From Geosiphon pyriformis uo1 (taxonomy: Eukaryota; Fungi; Glomeromycota): a stretch of 64,000 bases of DNA. Location of the stretch: NCBI GenBank assembly GCA_016748015.1, contig JAAOMT010000109.1, positions 145,820-209,819 on the forward strand, written 5' to 3'. This document shows, piece after piece, positions 52,822 through 64,000 of the stretch (its first letter is position 1; each line of letters opens with the position of its first letter). The notes under the pieces are model-generated. The model did no database searches, was not told the DNA's origin, and worked only from the letters and a program-made list of their open reading frames with translations. The translations under genes and the position numbers were made by a program.

Positions 52822-54330
52822 TTGGCCAATTGGCTTGAGCATTTTGAATTCCAAGAAGTTTGCTGAAGTGCAGAATAGTTTACTTGGAATTTGGTCTGGT
52901 GCATTCAAGATTTATACAGATGGTTTATTAAAAAATGCTGGCTTTGTGGCTGTTGCTAGTAGTACTGCTGCATATTTTTTGGCATTAGATATGTGTGTTA
53001 ATATTGGAGTTTGTGGTCTTGTTTCTTTTACTATGGCTGAGTTACAGGCTGTTGCTTTGTCTTTAAAATATGTTCCATTTTCTTGCTCCTTGGTTGTGTA
53101 CCTTAACAGCCAAGCTGCTATTAATGTATATGTGTCAAAAGCAGTATTTGCTACACCAGATTTTCATAACCCATGCTGAATTGAGAGAAGACATATTGTC
53201 AATTTGATTAGAGATAAGGATCTCAACATTAATTGAATCAAGATTAAGGGTTATTCTGATGTTTATAGTAATATTAAAGCAGATGTTGCTGTTGATGTGA
53301 CTGCTGATTCTCCTTTTTCTTTGCCAGCAAGAGTGTGTAAACATTTTTTAATGGTTGAAAATTCTGCTGTTTCTGACAATACTCACTATTTTGTCAAGAA
53401 TATTTATGGATCTATTTGTTATACTTATTGGGAAGCTGGTCCTGATCATAGTGTGGTCTCTGGTGCATTTGTTATGAATATAAATTGGGCAATAACTACA
53501 AAAGTCTGGCACTTTAACTCACATATACTTGCTGATTTTACAAGTCAAAAGTCATCTAATCTTTATACTTACTTGATAAAGACTGTGCATGAACAGTTGT
53601 TGGTAACTGTTAGGAAAAGATTGTATGATAGAAGCTATCCTAGTGTGCTGTGTCTACTGTGTGATGAAGTGGAGTTGTCAGATCACATTTTCATTTGTAC
53701 TCAAAATGCTGGCATTCAGGAAAAATTTTTGGCTGAAGTTTCTATATGATGGGCTGCTTTGACAGATAATTGTGTTTTGTTTTCCTCTGCTGTTTTGCAG
53801 ATGCTCTCTCATTGTTTGTCAGATTCAGGAATTTATACTGTTGTATACAAGATATTTGTGCTAAAAGATTGGTTTATAGAGGCTGTTGGAATTTTTGAAA
53901 GTAAGAAGAAAGCCATTTCTGCTGTTGTGAATTTTGTGAGGTGTTTAGTAAAACTGTATTGTTTTAAAGCATGACTCATAAAGTCTAAGTTTTGGGTTAA
54001 CATAAAAAAAGCTGGTTTGGTTGAAAATAGTGGTGTGGTGTTGGATTTGTCTTGTAGTGGGATGTCATTGCTGTCAGATGATATGGTCAGGATGTTTGGT
54101 ATTATTGAGTCTTTTACTATTAATTTTGGCTATTAAAGATCTTGTCTATTTTATTCTGGTCTAAATGGTAATGTACATGTTAATATAAGTGTATAGTATT
54201 CTCTTGTCTGGTCTGAATGACTAGCCACATGTAGTAAGTATGTGAGTTGCATTTAGTTTAAGCCATTTAGTTTGGCTTTATATACTAGATAACAATTAGG
54301 CTTTACTCATTAAATATATTTAATATAAAA
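52822..54330 (+). mobile_element. 5'-truncated non-LTR retrotransposon (RNase H + C-terminal CCHC), copy A
   Basis: IYTDGL, MAELQAVAL, YLNSQAAI, IKGYSDVYSNIKAD RNase H motifs; CLLCDEVELSDHIFIC knuckle; A-rich tail; TSD AAAATATTTAT (52811-52821 / 54331-54341). Confidence 0.88.
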
Positions 54331-55984
54331 AAAATATTTATATTAAAGAATTAATAATTTTTTATATATTTTACTAATATAATTGTGTATTTAAAACTTG
54401 AAATAAATATTTAGATTATCTTTAAAAAGTTTTTAATTTAGCCAAAATAAAAAAGTATAAAAACTTAAACAATTAATAAATGTTTTCAAATTATAAATTT
54501 TTCTTAAATTAGTTTCTATTACTAAAAGTTCATTAAAGATTTCTTTAAAATTACATATTTAATTAATTGATTTTTATAAAAAAATATTAATTATTATTGA
54601 AAATTTTTTAGCAAAAAACTCTTAAAACTTTTAAAAAAAAACTAATTATAAAGTTTATCTTAAAACAATTTAATTTTAATAAGTTATTTATTTTTTATAT
54701 TAATATTTTTAATATTTTTTGGTGTTATCTTGTTTTAAAAAAATAAAAAAAGAATATATTATGGTTTATAATAATAAAACTTTTTAAAAAGCAAAAAAAA
54801 GCTATACAATTACCAAAAAAATATCAGCAATAATATAATCTATTATTTATTAAAATAAAATATTTTATAAAAAAATAATTCAATATTTATAATAATTAAT
54901 AAGTTTTAATTTAGTTAAAAAACAAAAAAAATTAGACTACAAAAATTTTTTTTATTAAATAATATATTTAAATATTATAAAAAAACAAACAATTAAAATA
55001 CAAATATTCTATTTTATTTAATTATATAATAATAAAACAAATTAGAAATAACCAATTAAATCAAACATAATAATTGATTTAAAAAACTATTAATATTTAT
55101 TAAATTTTTGAATAAAAAACAATATTCATAAAAATATAATCAACAGTAAAGAGAACATTTGCAAAAAAAATCAAATTTTTATTTAATTTATCAAAACCAA
55201 TTATATAAAAAAATTAAAAAAAATCTTGATTAATTACAAAAAGTTATTTAATTTAAAAAAAATTATGATATATAATATGTTTATTAATTTTATAACAGAA
55301 TATTTCAAAAAAACAAAGACAATTTAAAAAATATTAATAAGATATTATTGACTAATTTTAATAAAAAATATAATAAAATTTGTAATATCTGTTAATAAAA
55401 AACTAAATTTAATTAAAAAAAAAACATTTATTTAATTTTGTTAATTAACTTTTAAATAAATTAAAATAGATATTATTAAATTTTTAATAATAATCTCTAA
55501 TAAAAATAAATATATTATAATTACAAAAAATTACTTAATATAATAAGTAAAAACAAAAGCAATATTAAATTAACTTTATTTACAAAAAAATTACTTTTAG
55601 ATAAAAAAAAAGCTTTTTTTAGCTTATTAATAAAAAAAATTTGAAAAACTTAAAATCTATTACAAAATTTTTTTTTATTATCTATAAACTAATAAATTAA
55701 TATATTTTAATTAAACATTTTGTAAAACTTTAACAAAAATCAATAAAAAAAATTTATAAAACAAAATTTGGTTTTTAATACTTTTTGTTTATAAAACAGT
55801 AAATTATGATATAGTTGATTATAAATTCTTTTATTTACTTTATAAATATATGATAATATTACTTATTAAAACCAAATATTTTGAAAAAATAATTAAATTT
55901 AATTATAAAAATATTTTACAACAAAAACTTAAAACAATATTAAATTTTTTAATAGAAACATAAATAATTGCTTATAAAAAAAAA

Positions 55985-56034
55985 TGTGCCAGATAGCATT
56001 TGGGTCTTACTCATTAAATGTTAATAAAAAAAAA
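55985..56034 (+). mobile_element. Ultra-short (~50 bp) 3'-end-only insertion of the same LINE family
   Basis: ccagatagcatttgggtcttactcattaaatg + A tail matches the last ~35 nt of copies A and B; flanked by A9TGTG / A9TATA. Confidence 0.6.
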
Positions 56035-56697
56035 TATATATATATTTTAAGAAAAACTCAAAAAATAATAATATATAAAATATATTTTTTAATAAATTCT
56101 CAATAAAAAGAACTATTTATAATTAATAAAATATTGAATAATAAATCTTTATATTTTATAAAATTAATATAAAATAATATTTAATAATTAATTTATTTAT
56201 AATACAAAAATCAAAAAATATTACAAAAAACTTAATTAGTTATTAATTATTATAATACTTACAATATTTATTAATAAAATACTAAAACAGTTATAAATAA
56301 AATTATTCTAGTTTTAAAATAAACATATATTTAATTAACATAAAAAATATTTTCAATTAAAATATGTAAAATACTCTTTTTATAATTCACAAATATTTAA
56401 TATAAACAATTACTTAGATATTTTACTTATTATTGAAAATCAAATAACAATTAGAAATAAAATTAAAGTACAGAAAATTAACAACAAAATAGAAAAATAT
56501 ATGCTTAAATACATAATTACCAAAATACTTTCTTTTTTTAATATATTATTATTAATAAAAAATTAAATTATTAATTAGTATAAATTACTTTTATAATTTT
56601 TATTATTAATTAACATATATTATTATTTTAAATTAACACTTATTATTTTACCAAATTATAAAATATTAATATTTAATTAATAACTTAATTTATATAA

Positions 56698-59600
56698 TAT
56701 ACAAATATAACTAATTATAATAATCAGATCATATAATATTTAAGAATTTACCAAAATATTTAAAAATTTAATAAAATATTAACAGTTTATTAAAATAATT
56801 AATAGTTTGTAAAAATAATTTGTAGTTTGCCAAAATAGATTATTAATTTGGTAAAATATTAGCAAAAAAAAATTATAAATTATAAAATAATATTATAACA
56901 AGTTATATAAATAAAAAACTTTTTTTTAAAAAAAAAAATTATTTTAATTTAATCATTTTTTAGCAAGCAATTAATTATTACAAATTAATTTAATAAAATT
57001 TACTTTAAAAACCAAATTATTATTGTTTAAAAACTAATAATTATAACTAATATTCTAAAATTGATTAATTATTAATTTTAATAATTACTTAATATGAATT
57101 ATAAACAATTTTTTTTATATATTTTTATTTAATTATTATTATTATTTTATATTATTAAGTAGTTTATTATTAAATTTTTTTATAAAAAAATTGACTTTTA
57201 TTTTAAAGTAATTACATATTATTAAAAAGTTTACAAACAATAAATTTCTGTAAAAAAATTAATTTTTACTACAAAGTAACTATGTAAATAATTAGTACAA
57301 ATTAATTATTTTATTATAAACTTAATAATAAAATAGTTTAAAATATAGAAAAATACTTTGAAAAATAAATTAGTTTATTAAAAATTTACTAGTTTTTCTT
57401 AACAATAAAATTAATAACAAAATAATATTAACAATATTTTTAAATAACAATAAAAATTTTTAATAATAATATTTAAAAAAACAATAAAAAAGTTTTATTT
57501 ATAACAAAAAATTGATATATAGAAAATAACTTAAATATCATAAAAAACTTGGTAAGATTATTAAAGATATAAAACTTTTAAAAAAAATGACTTTAAAAAT
57601 TCAGGCAGAAATTTTAAGCATTAAATATTTAAATATTTTAAAAGTTTTAATTTTTTTATTATTAAATATTTAATAAATATGGCTCAATCACTATCTAAAA
57701 GTTAAGAACAAACTAAATATTTTAATATTAAATAAAATTCACATATTTTTTACATATAATTAATTACTTAATTTAGTTTAAACTATACTATATTAATACA
57801 ATAAAAAAATTTACCTAAAAAAATTATTTTTTAAATTAATTTAAACAAAATAATATTATAAAAAACCAATGTCCTTTTTTTCAGCTTGATTTGCCTTTTT
57901 ATAGACAGTCAGGCTGTTTTGGATGTATGCAAATCGGAATTAAATCTGGTGTATCCAGATTTTTGGAATTGGTGTTGGATCAAGTATTGACATATTGTAA
58001 ACATTGTTAGGAAAAAGAATTTAAATATTAATTAATGTAAAGTCAAAAGTCATTTAGGTGTCTTGGATAATAAACGTGTAGATGCTTTCGCTAATACAAT
58101 TTCTCTTTCTCCCTGGTGCCTTTTTCCTGGCTTGGAAAAACATTGCATTTTGGTGGAGGGTAATGTTGTTTTCAGGAATTCTAGATATTTTGTTTATGAA
58201 ATTTTTGTTTTATTTATTGTGCACACTAGGAGCTTGGTTCTGGATCTAGAGTATTAGATAGTAGTTTGCTTTCGGATATAAACTGGTTTAGCTTGTCATC
58301 AGTATGGCATCTTAACTTACACATGACTGCTGGTTTTACTAGTAAGTTTACTGCCAGTACTCATACATACTTCATGAAAGCTTTGCATTGTCAATTGCTA
58401 GTTGCTGTTCAGAAGCATCTGTATGACAAACATTACCCCAGTGTGTTGTGTCTGTATTGTGAAGATGTTGAGGTTTCAGATCATGTTTTTTCTTGCATGG
58501 TTGATGATTTGGCTTGTTATTGTTTGTTGAATGTCCATACAACTATTTGGTATACACTTTCTGGTCTTTTTATTTCTTCTTTATGTGTATCTCATTTATT
58601 GTCATCTTGTGTTTTGAATGCTGCAGTGTGTACAGCTCTCTGTAAAAGCTTTGTTTTTAAGGATTGGCTTTATGAAACTGTGTTAGTTTTCAGAGATTCC
58701 AAAGCTATAAGTCAGAAGATTGTGAACTTTGTGTATGACTTCTGTCTTGCTTTTAGAGAGAAAATTTGGTTGGTTCATGTCAAGCATCATGCTTTCATGG
58801 AAAAAAATAGGCTAATATTATCTGATGGATCAATTCCAGGGTCAGTTTCAGGTTTGTCCTCATTGTTTTCTGCTGGTGTAGTTAAACTGTTAAGTATTAA
58901 TGAGATATTTGGTATAGAGTTTGGGTTTCATAAGCCTTGTTTGTTTCTCTTAGATATTGAAGGGCCTGTTTCTGTTTATATAGATGCTTAGTATTGTTCT
59001 AATCAGCTTGAGTGGCTGGTCGCATATAGAAAATACATGATTCACACCTAGTTTAGATCGATTATTTGATGTATTATACTAGGCAGTGTTTGAATCTCAC
59101 TTATTAAATGAATAAAAAAAAAAAAACCAATCTGACTAATCATTTAACTGTTTTCAAAAGATTAATTTTTATTTCAACAAATTTATAAACCCAAAGTAAT
59201 ATTAAATTAGATAATATTTTATTATTAACAACAACTTAACTTACAGAATTACCAGATATATTAATATTATTTTTTTTTCAACTTATCAACAACTTTGCTA
59301 AAAATATTCAAATATATTATAAGTTTATTAATCTTAAAGTTAAAAATACTGTTTAAAACAAAATTACTCTTAACAAATTGTTCAAACACAATTACTAGAA
59401 AACCAATAGACTCAACAATAAATTTAACTAAAGTATTAACTTGGTTAAATCAAACTTTAAAGAAATTAATTAAAAAAAACCAAAAAATTACCAACAATTA
59501 CAAAAAAAAAAACATATACTGTTTAATAAAAAAGAATTAGAAGTGCTTATAAAAGCAAAAGTCTTGACATAAAACTTAATATCTATAAAATAGGATACAA

Positions 59601-60280
59601 ACATCTTGAAAATCTTAAAAAAAAAAGATAGAAATATCTTGCAGTCTATAATTAAATGGTCTATTTCTTAATACCTAAAACAATATTAACAATTAGAAGT
59701 TTTTTACTAGATATAATACTTTTTTAGTATACTAGTTTTGACTAAATTAGCTTAAGATCTAAATATAACCAAAGCAAACCAAAAATAATAACCAAAAATA
59801 AAAAAATAAAAATAAAACATGTCTAATTACCAACTTAAAAAATCATATTACTAATCTTTCAATTATACTAATAACTATTTTTTAACAACCATAACCATAA
59901 TTATTTACATTAATAGTATATATACCAATTACCAAATTAAAAAAATTTACTAATAAAAAAGACAATATCTAAATATGACTAAACAATATAGCCAAAGTTA
60001 TTACAGCCAATAAATAGAACAATGCCAAAGTTTTTTAGGCCATTCTATACTTTTTACAGAATATTGTTAACTTATAGTATTAAAGCTTGATTAATAACTT
60101 TTAGATTTTTAACACTTTTAAACAAAACTTTTTGCAATATTTTAATAATTACAATAGTATTAATTAACTGTTAACTGAATTTACTACCCTTAAACAAAAC
60201 AACATTGAAACAGTTATCATGTATTTAGAATGCTTTCATAAAAATCTGTGTTAAATCTAAGCAATAAATACAATCTTAAA
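56698..60280 (+). mobile_element. Family-B Ty3/Gypsy 5' part: LTR (56698-57299), leader/accessory ORF, gag; interrupted by LINE copy B
   Basis: LTR homologous to 2585-3263. Gag domain at ~59910-60270 reads IPITKLKKFTNKKDNI*I*LNNIAKVITANK*NNAKVF*AILYFLQ...FKQNFLQYF...LKQNNIETVIMYLECF (Retrotrans_gag-like). Confidence 0.7.
57871..59120 (+). mobile_element. 5'-truncated non-LTR retrotransposon, copy B
   Basis: RNase H tail (VKSHLGVLDNKRVD), CLYCEDVEVSDHVFSC knuckle, homologous to 53297-54196; poly(A) tail; TSD AAAAAACCAAT (57860-57870 / 59121-59131). Confidence 0.9.
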
Positions 60281-60289
60281 AGCAGTACA

Positions 60290-60987
60290 GTCAGAAATAA
60301 TTTGTAGTTTACTAAAATGTATTTTTAGTTTGCCAAAATTATAGCAAAAAGAAAAGTACAAGTTCAGAAATTAGTACTACAACAAGTTGTATAAAAAAAG
60401 AGCTTTTTTCTTCAAAAAAATATATCTTAGATTAGAACAATAATTTTGGTTAGAATTAATCATCTTTTACATAAATAAATTAAATATTTAAAAAACCAAT
60501 TTCCTAATTATTTTTACTTGAAATTCCCCAAAAACCCAACTAATACTTTGAAATTAATTAGCTATCAATTTCAATAATAAGTTGTTAGTAACTTTAAGTC
60601 TAGATAAAAAATAATTCTCTTGACAAAATTCTATTTCTTTTATATTTCTTTTATCTTTTTTTTTATTTTTTTTATTATCATTAGGGTAGTTTACAGATAA
60701 AATTTTTGTAGAAGAGTTGATTTTTACAGCAAAGTAACTATACATTTTTGTAAGCTTTCAGATGAGCAATTCTTGAGAAAGAATTGATGTTTACTACAAT
60801 ATAATTACATAAAGTAACTGATACAGAATTGGTTATTCTACTTATAAGTTCAACAGTTTAAATTATAGGAGATAATTTAAAGATAAAATTCAGTTATTAG
60901 AGATTTAACTACTTTTAGAGAATGTAAATTTACATTAAACAAACATTAACAACATTTAAGAAAAGAAACTGAAAATCTTTGATAACA
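60290..60987 (+). mobile_element. Family-B Gypsy partial LTR (to 60825) plus PBS-like TGGTTAT and leader
   Basis: Inverted homolog of 2445-3150. Confidence 0.75.
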
Positions 60988-61519
60988 TTATTAATTATCC
61001 AATATTTTTTTTTTTAAAAAATAGTTTTCTATAACTTAAAATGAAATTATTTTTATATTAATAAAATTATCTATTATTATTAAATTCATGTTATTATTAC
61101 TTGATTAAGAATATTAATTATTTTTATTACTATTAACACTCTATATTAATAAAATCCAATACTTAACTACATTGAAATAATAGCTCTTGATTACAATTAT
61201 TAACAAAATATTAATTTTTTATTTTTTTTATTTTTTTTTGTTTTGTTTTTTTGTTGTTTATTAATTAATTAAAAAGATTAAGTGCTAAGTATTTGATGTT
61301 AAGAATAGTCTAATAAAAAACCCAGAAATAAAAGTAAAAATTTAAGAATAGCTTACCAGAAAAGTACAACTGCCAGATTAAACCAGTTATTACACTGAAA
61401 AAAAAAATTCATAAAAAAAACCATTAATTAAATCTCTGTTTATTATACAAAAAACTCAACCAAAATCTTCAAAAATTACCAATACAACTAACTATTGAGC
61501 ACCAAGTTATGAGTTTGTT

Positions 61520-63905
61520 ATTTGTTCTAACACCAAATAATTATTTGTAATAATGGCCAATCTTTTTTTATTGTCAAATATAGAGAATCTTACAAGAACT
61601 TAGGAATTTTTTTATTAACAAAAAGTATATTTAAGCTGAGTCTTGTTAAAACACATTCAGATATTAGATTTTTTTTAAACATGGTACTTAGGAAGATTTT
61701 ATTAAATAAACAATTTTCTTACTTAGTTTTAACAGTTTTACAGTTTATAATTAATTACTGAATGCAATTCAGTTTTGTATTTAAAAGTGTGTGCCAAAAG
61801 TAGAATATTATAATTAGGAAAGAATTTAGATCTAAAATTAATCTACCAAAAAACTTTTTCAATAAGATTCTATATTATTTATTTTTGTATAGGCTTAAAT
61901 CATTTAAATAATTATAAATAAAGGACAAAGTGGCTTTATTAATTTGGTTTTCTAATGTAATAAAAATTCTTGGTTATCTATTTGTATACAAATTTTTAAA
62001 TTTACAGATTACAAACTAGACACCAAAAAATTTACTGCAATTTCTTGTTAAATTAAGAATTAGTTTTGTAAAATGTTTTTTGGCAGATCTAGTAAAAATA
62101 TTTTTGAACAACAATATTTCTTTAGCAAACAAATTGTTTTGTGTATTTCACTTTTCTGGTTGCTTTTTAATATCTGAAATTTTGAATGGTTTATATTATT
62201 TTAATGTAATTTTATTTTTAAAATAACTTGATATTGTTGTTAGTAATCAATTATTAAACAAACACAGCTTAGTTATGGATTAAAAAATCATTGTTGTTAA
62301 AAAAAACTGAGTTTAAAAAACCCAATATCAGCATGGTTTTTAAAAGCTTTAATTTATATGAATAATTCTTTTATTAATTTTGTAAAGAATAACTTTAACT
62401 CTAACTGTTCAGATTTTTATGATTTAAGAGAATTTTTGAATATTCAAGAATATTTGTATAAATTATAGACAAAAAAAATTAATGTATATATTAATAGTTC
62501 TTTGAATAGTTTGGGTACTGTTAATATAGTAAGTAAAATAGTAATATATTTTTCTAATGTTGAAGTAAATTTAGGTGTTAAAGTTTTTGGTTTGCTGTTA
62601 TTAACAATATTAGAATTACAGGCCATTGTTTTGGCTTTGGAATATGTTTCCTTTTTTTGTTTGATAGTTTTACATATAAATAGCCAAACTGTTATATATA
62701 TATATATATTAAAGCTTATGTTTTATGTGCTTAATTTCTATAATAAATACTGGATTAAAAAGTGGCATATGGCTAATTTAATTAAATTTAAAAACATTTT
62801 TATAAAGTGTGTAAAAGTCAAAGCCACTCAAAAAATGTTAAAAATAACAAAGCTAATGTTTTTGCAGATGTTGTAATATGATCTGATGTTTTTTTACTTA
62901 TTAATGTATATAAGAAGTTTGTCTTGGCAAATAGTTCGATTGTTTTAAACAATGTTTGTCATTTTGTTCACAATATTTATTAAATAATTAATTAGGCTTA
63001 ATAAGAAGCAGATTCAAGTATAAAAATTTTGTGAAATTCTTTTATTTGAGATATTAATTAGTATTATACTATTTTAGTTTGACATCTTAATTTTTATATG
63101 CTTTTTGGTTTTACCAACAGACTTTCAGCAATTTTTTATATATATCTAATAAAGACAGTTTATAAAAGACTGTCAATTATAGTTAAGAAAAAACTATTTA
63201 ATAAGAGATACTTAAATGTGTTATATCTATTTTGTAATAATATTAAACTGTTTAATTATGTTTTTATTTATCCAAAAAAATTTTTAGTGTATTTTAAGAT
63301 TTTGTTAGATTATGTCAAATTATGGAAGTTTTTAGTAGGATCTTGCTTTTTACCAACTTTTTTAATATTGCATATTTTCTTTTTGAAAATATTTAACATT
63401 AGTATTTATAAAATTCTGTACAAAAGTTTGTTTTTAGAAATTAAATTAGTAAAGCAATATTGAAATTTGAGGATAAAAAAAAGTTATAATGATAATGACT
63501 AATTTTATCTGACATTTTGTTAATATATATTATAGTAAACTGTAGAATTTTAAATCAAAATATAAGATTAATATAAAAAAAAATGACTTAATTAAGAACA
63601 AAAAAGTGTTGCCTAAGGTATATAGTGATCTGTCTGGCTTTTTTTCAACAAAAATAATTTGTTTGTTTGGAATTATTGAATCTTTTGTTGTTTGTTTTAA
63701 ATTGTATAAGACTTGTTTGTTTTTTTAGATTTAGATAATAGGTTAGGAATCAATATAAATATATAGTGTAATTTTAATTGGCTTAAGTAATTGGTTATAT
63801 ATAGTAAGTATATAAGCCATATTTAGTTTAAATTATTTAGTTTGTTTTTATATATTAAATAATAGTTAGATTGTATTTATTAATAAATAATAATAATAAT
63901 AATAA
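61520..63905 (+). mobile_element. Heavily decayed non-LTR retrotransposon 3' half, copy C
   Basis: ILELQAIVLALEYV, INSQTVI, VKVK RNase H remnants (62502-62876); decayed knuckle region (63098-63463); same 3' UTR as copies A/B; (TAA)n tail. 5' boundary approximate. Confidence 0.8.
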
Positions 63906-64000
63906 AATATTAATAGTAAAAAACTGTTTGATAATTTTTAAAACATTTTTTTATTTTTAATTAATAGTTTTCTCTAATCAAAATTTTTTCTAATAAATAT

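Larger units (their letters stand above)
52300..56690 (+). mobile_element. Extremely decayed Ty3/Gypsy pol (RT-RNase H-integrase) interrupted by two LINE insertions
   Basis: KTVFIIKHKTYKFTVMLFRLIN (~52715-52780; cf. KTAF...YEFxVMPFGLTN), KEYIMVYNNKTF*KAKKSYTITKK (~54750-54820; RNase H), NKNKYIIITKNYLI**VKTKAI (~55500-55563; integrase core). Confidence 0.7.

Overview
Very AT-rich eukaryotic (fungal) genomic DNA with spliceosomal introns. Gene families and transposon content point to an early-diverging fungus, most like Glomeromycotina/Geosiphon (inference, not searched). The window has three blocks. (i) ~1-7.9 kb is decayed transposons: a non-LTR ORF1, a Ty3/Gypsy LTR plus leader, and a pogo/Tigger transposase. 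(ii) ~8-42 kb is a gene-bearing island that retains CpG and holds six intron-containing genes: a Zn2Cys6 transcription factor, an F-box protein, a Prx5/Ahp1-type peroxiredoxin, a putative 7TM membrane protein, a KCTD-type BTB protein and a MATA-type HMG-box protein. (iii) ~42.4-64 kb is a nest of transposons: a full-length Ty3/Gypsy (LTRs 43169-43928 and 50252-50918, TSD ATAT) inserted in an older Gypsy, further Gypsy remnants, and four 5'-truncated RNase H-type non-LTR insertions, two with clear TSDs. The most striking signal is a repeat-restricted C:G to T:A hypermutation that is almost purely transitions and not limited to CpG (RIP-like), graded with nesting age. Also notable are an unknown accessory ORF found 3' of integrase in one Gypsy family but 5' of gag in another, and a conserved multi-hairpin LINE 3' UTR. 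All alignments and exon models were made by eye.
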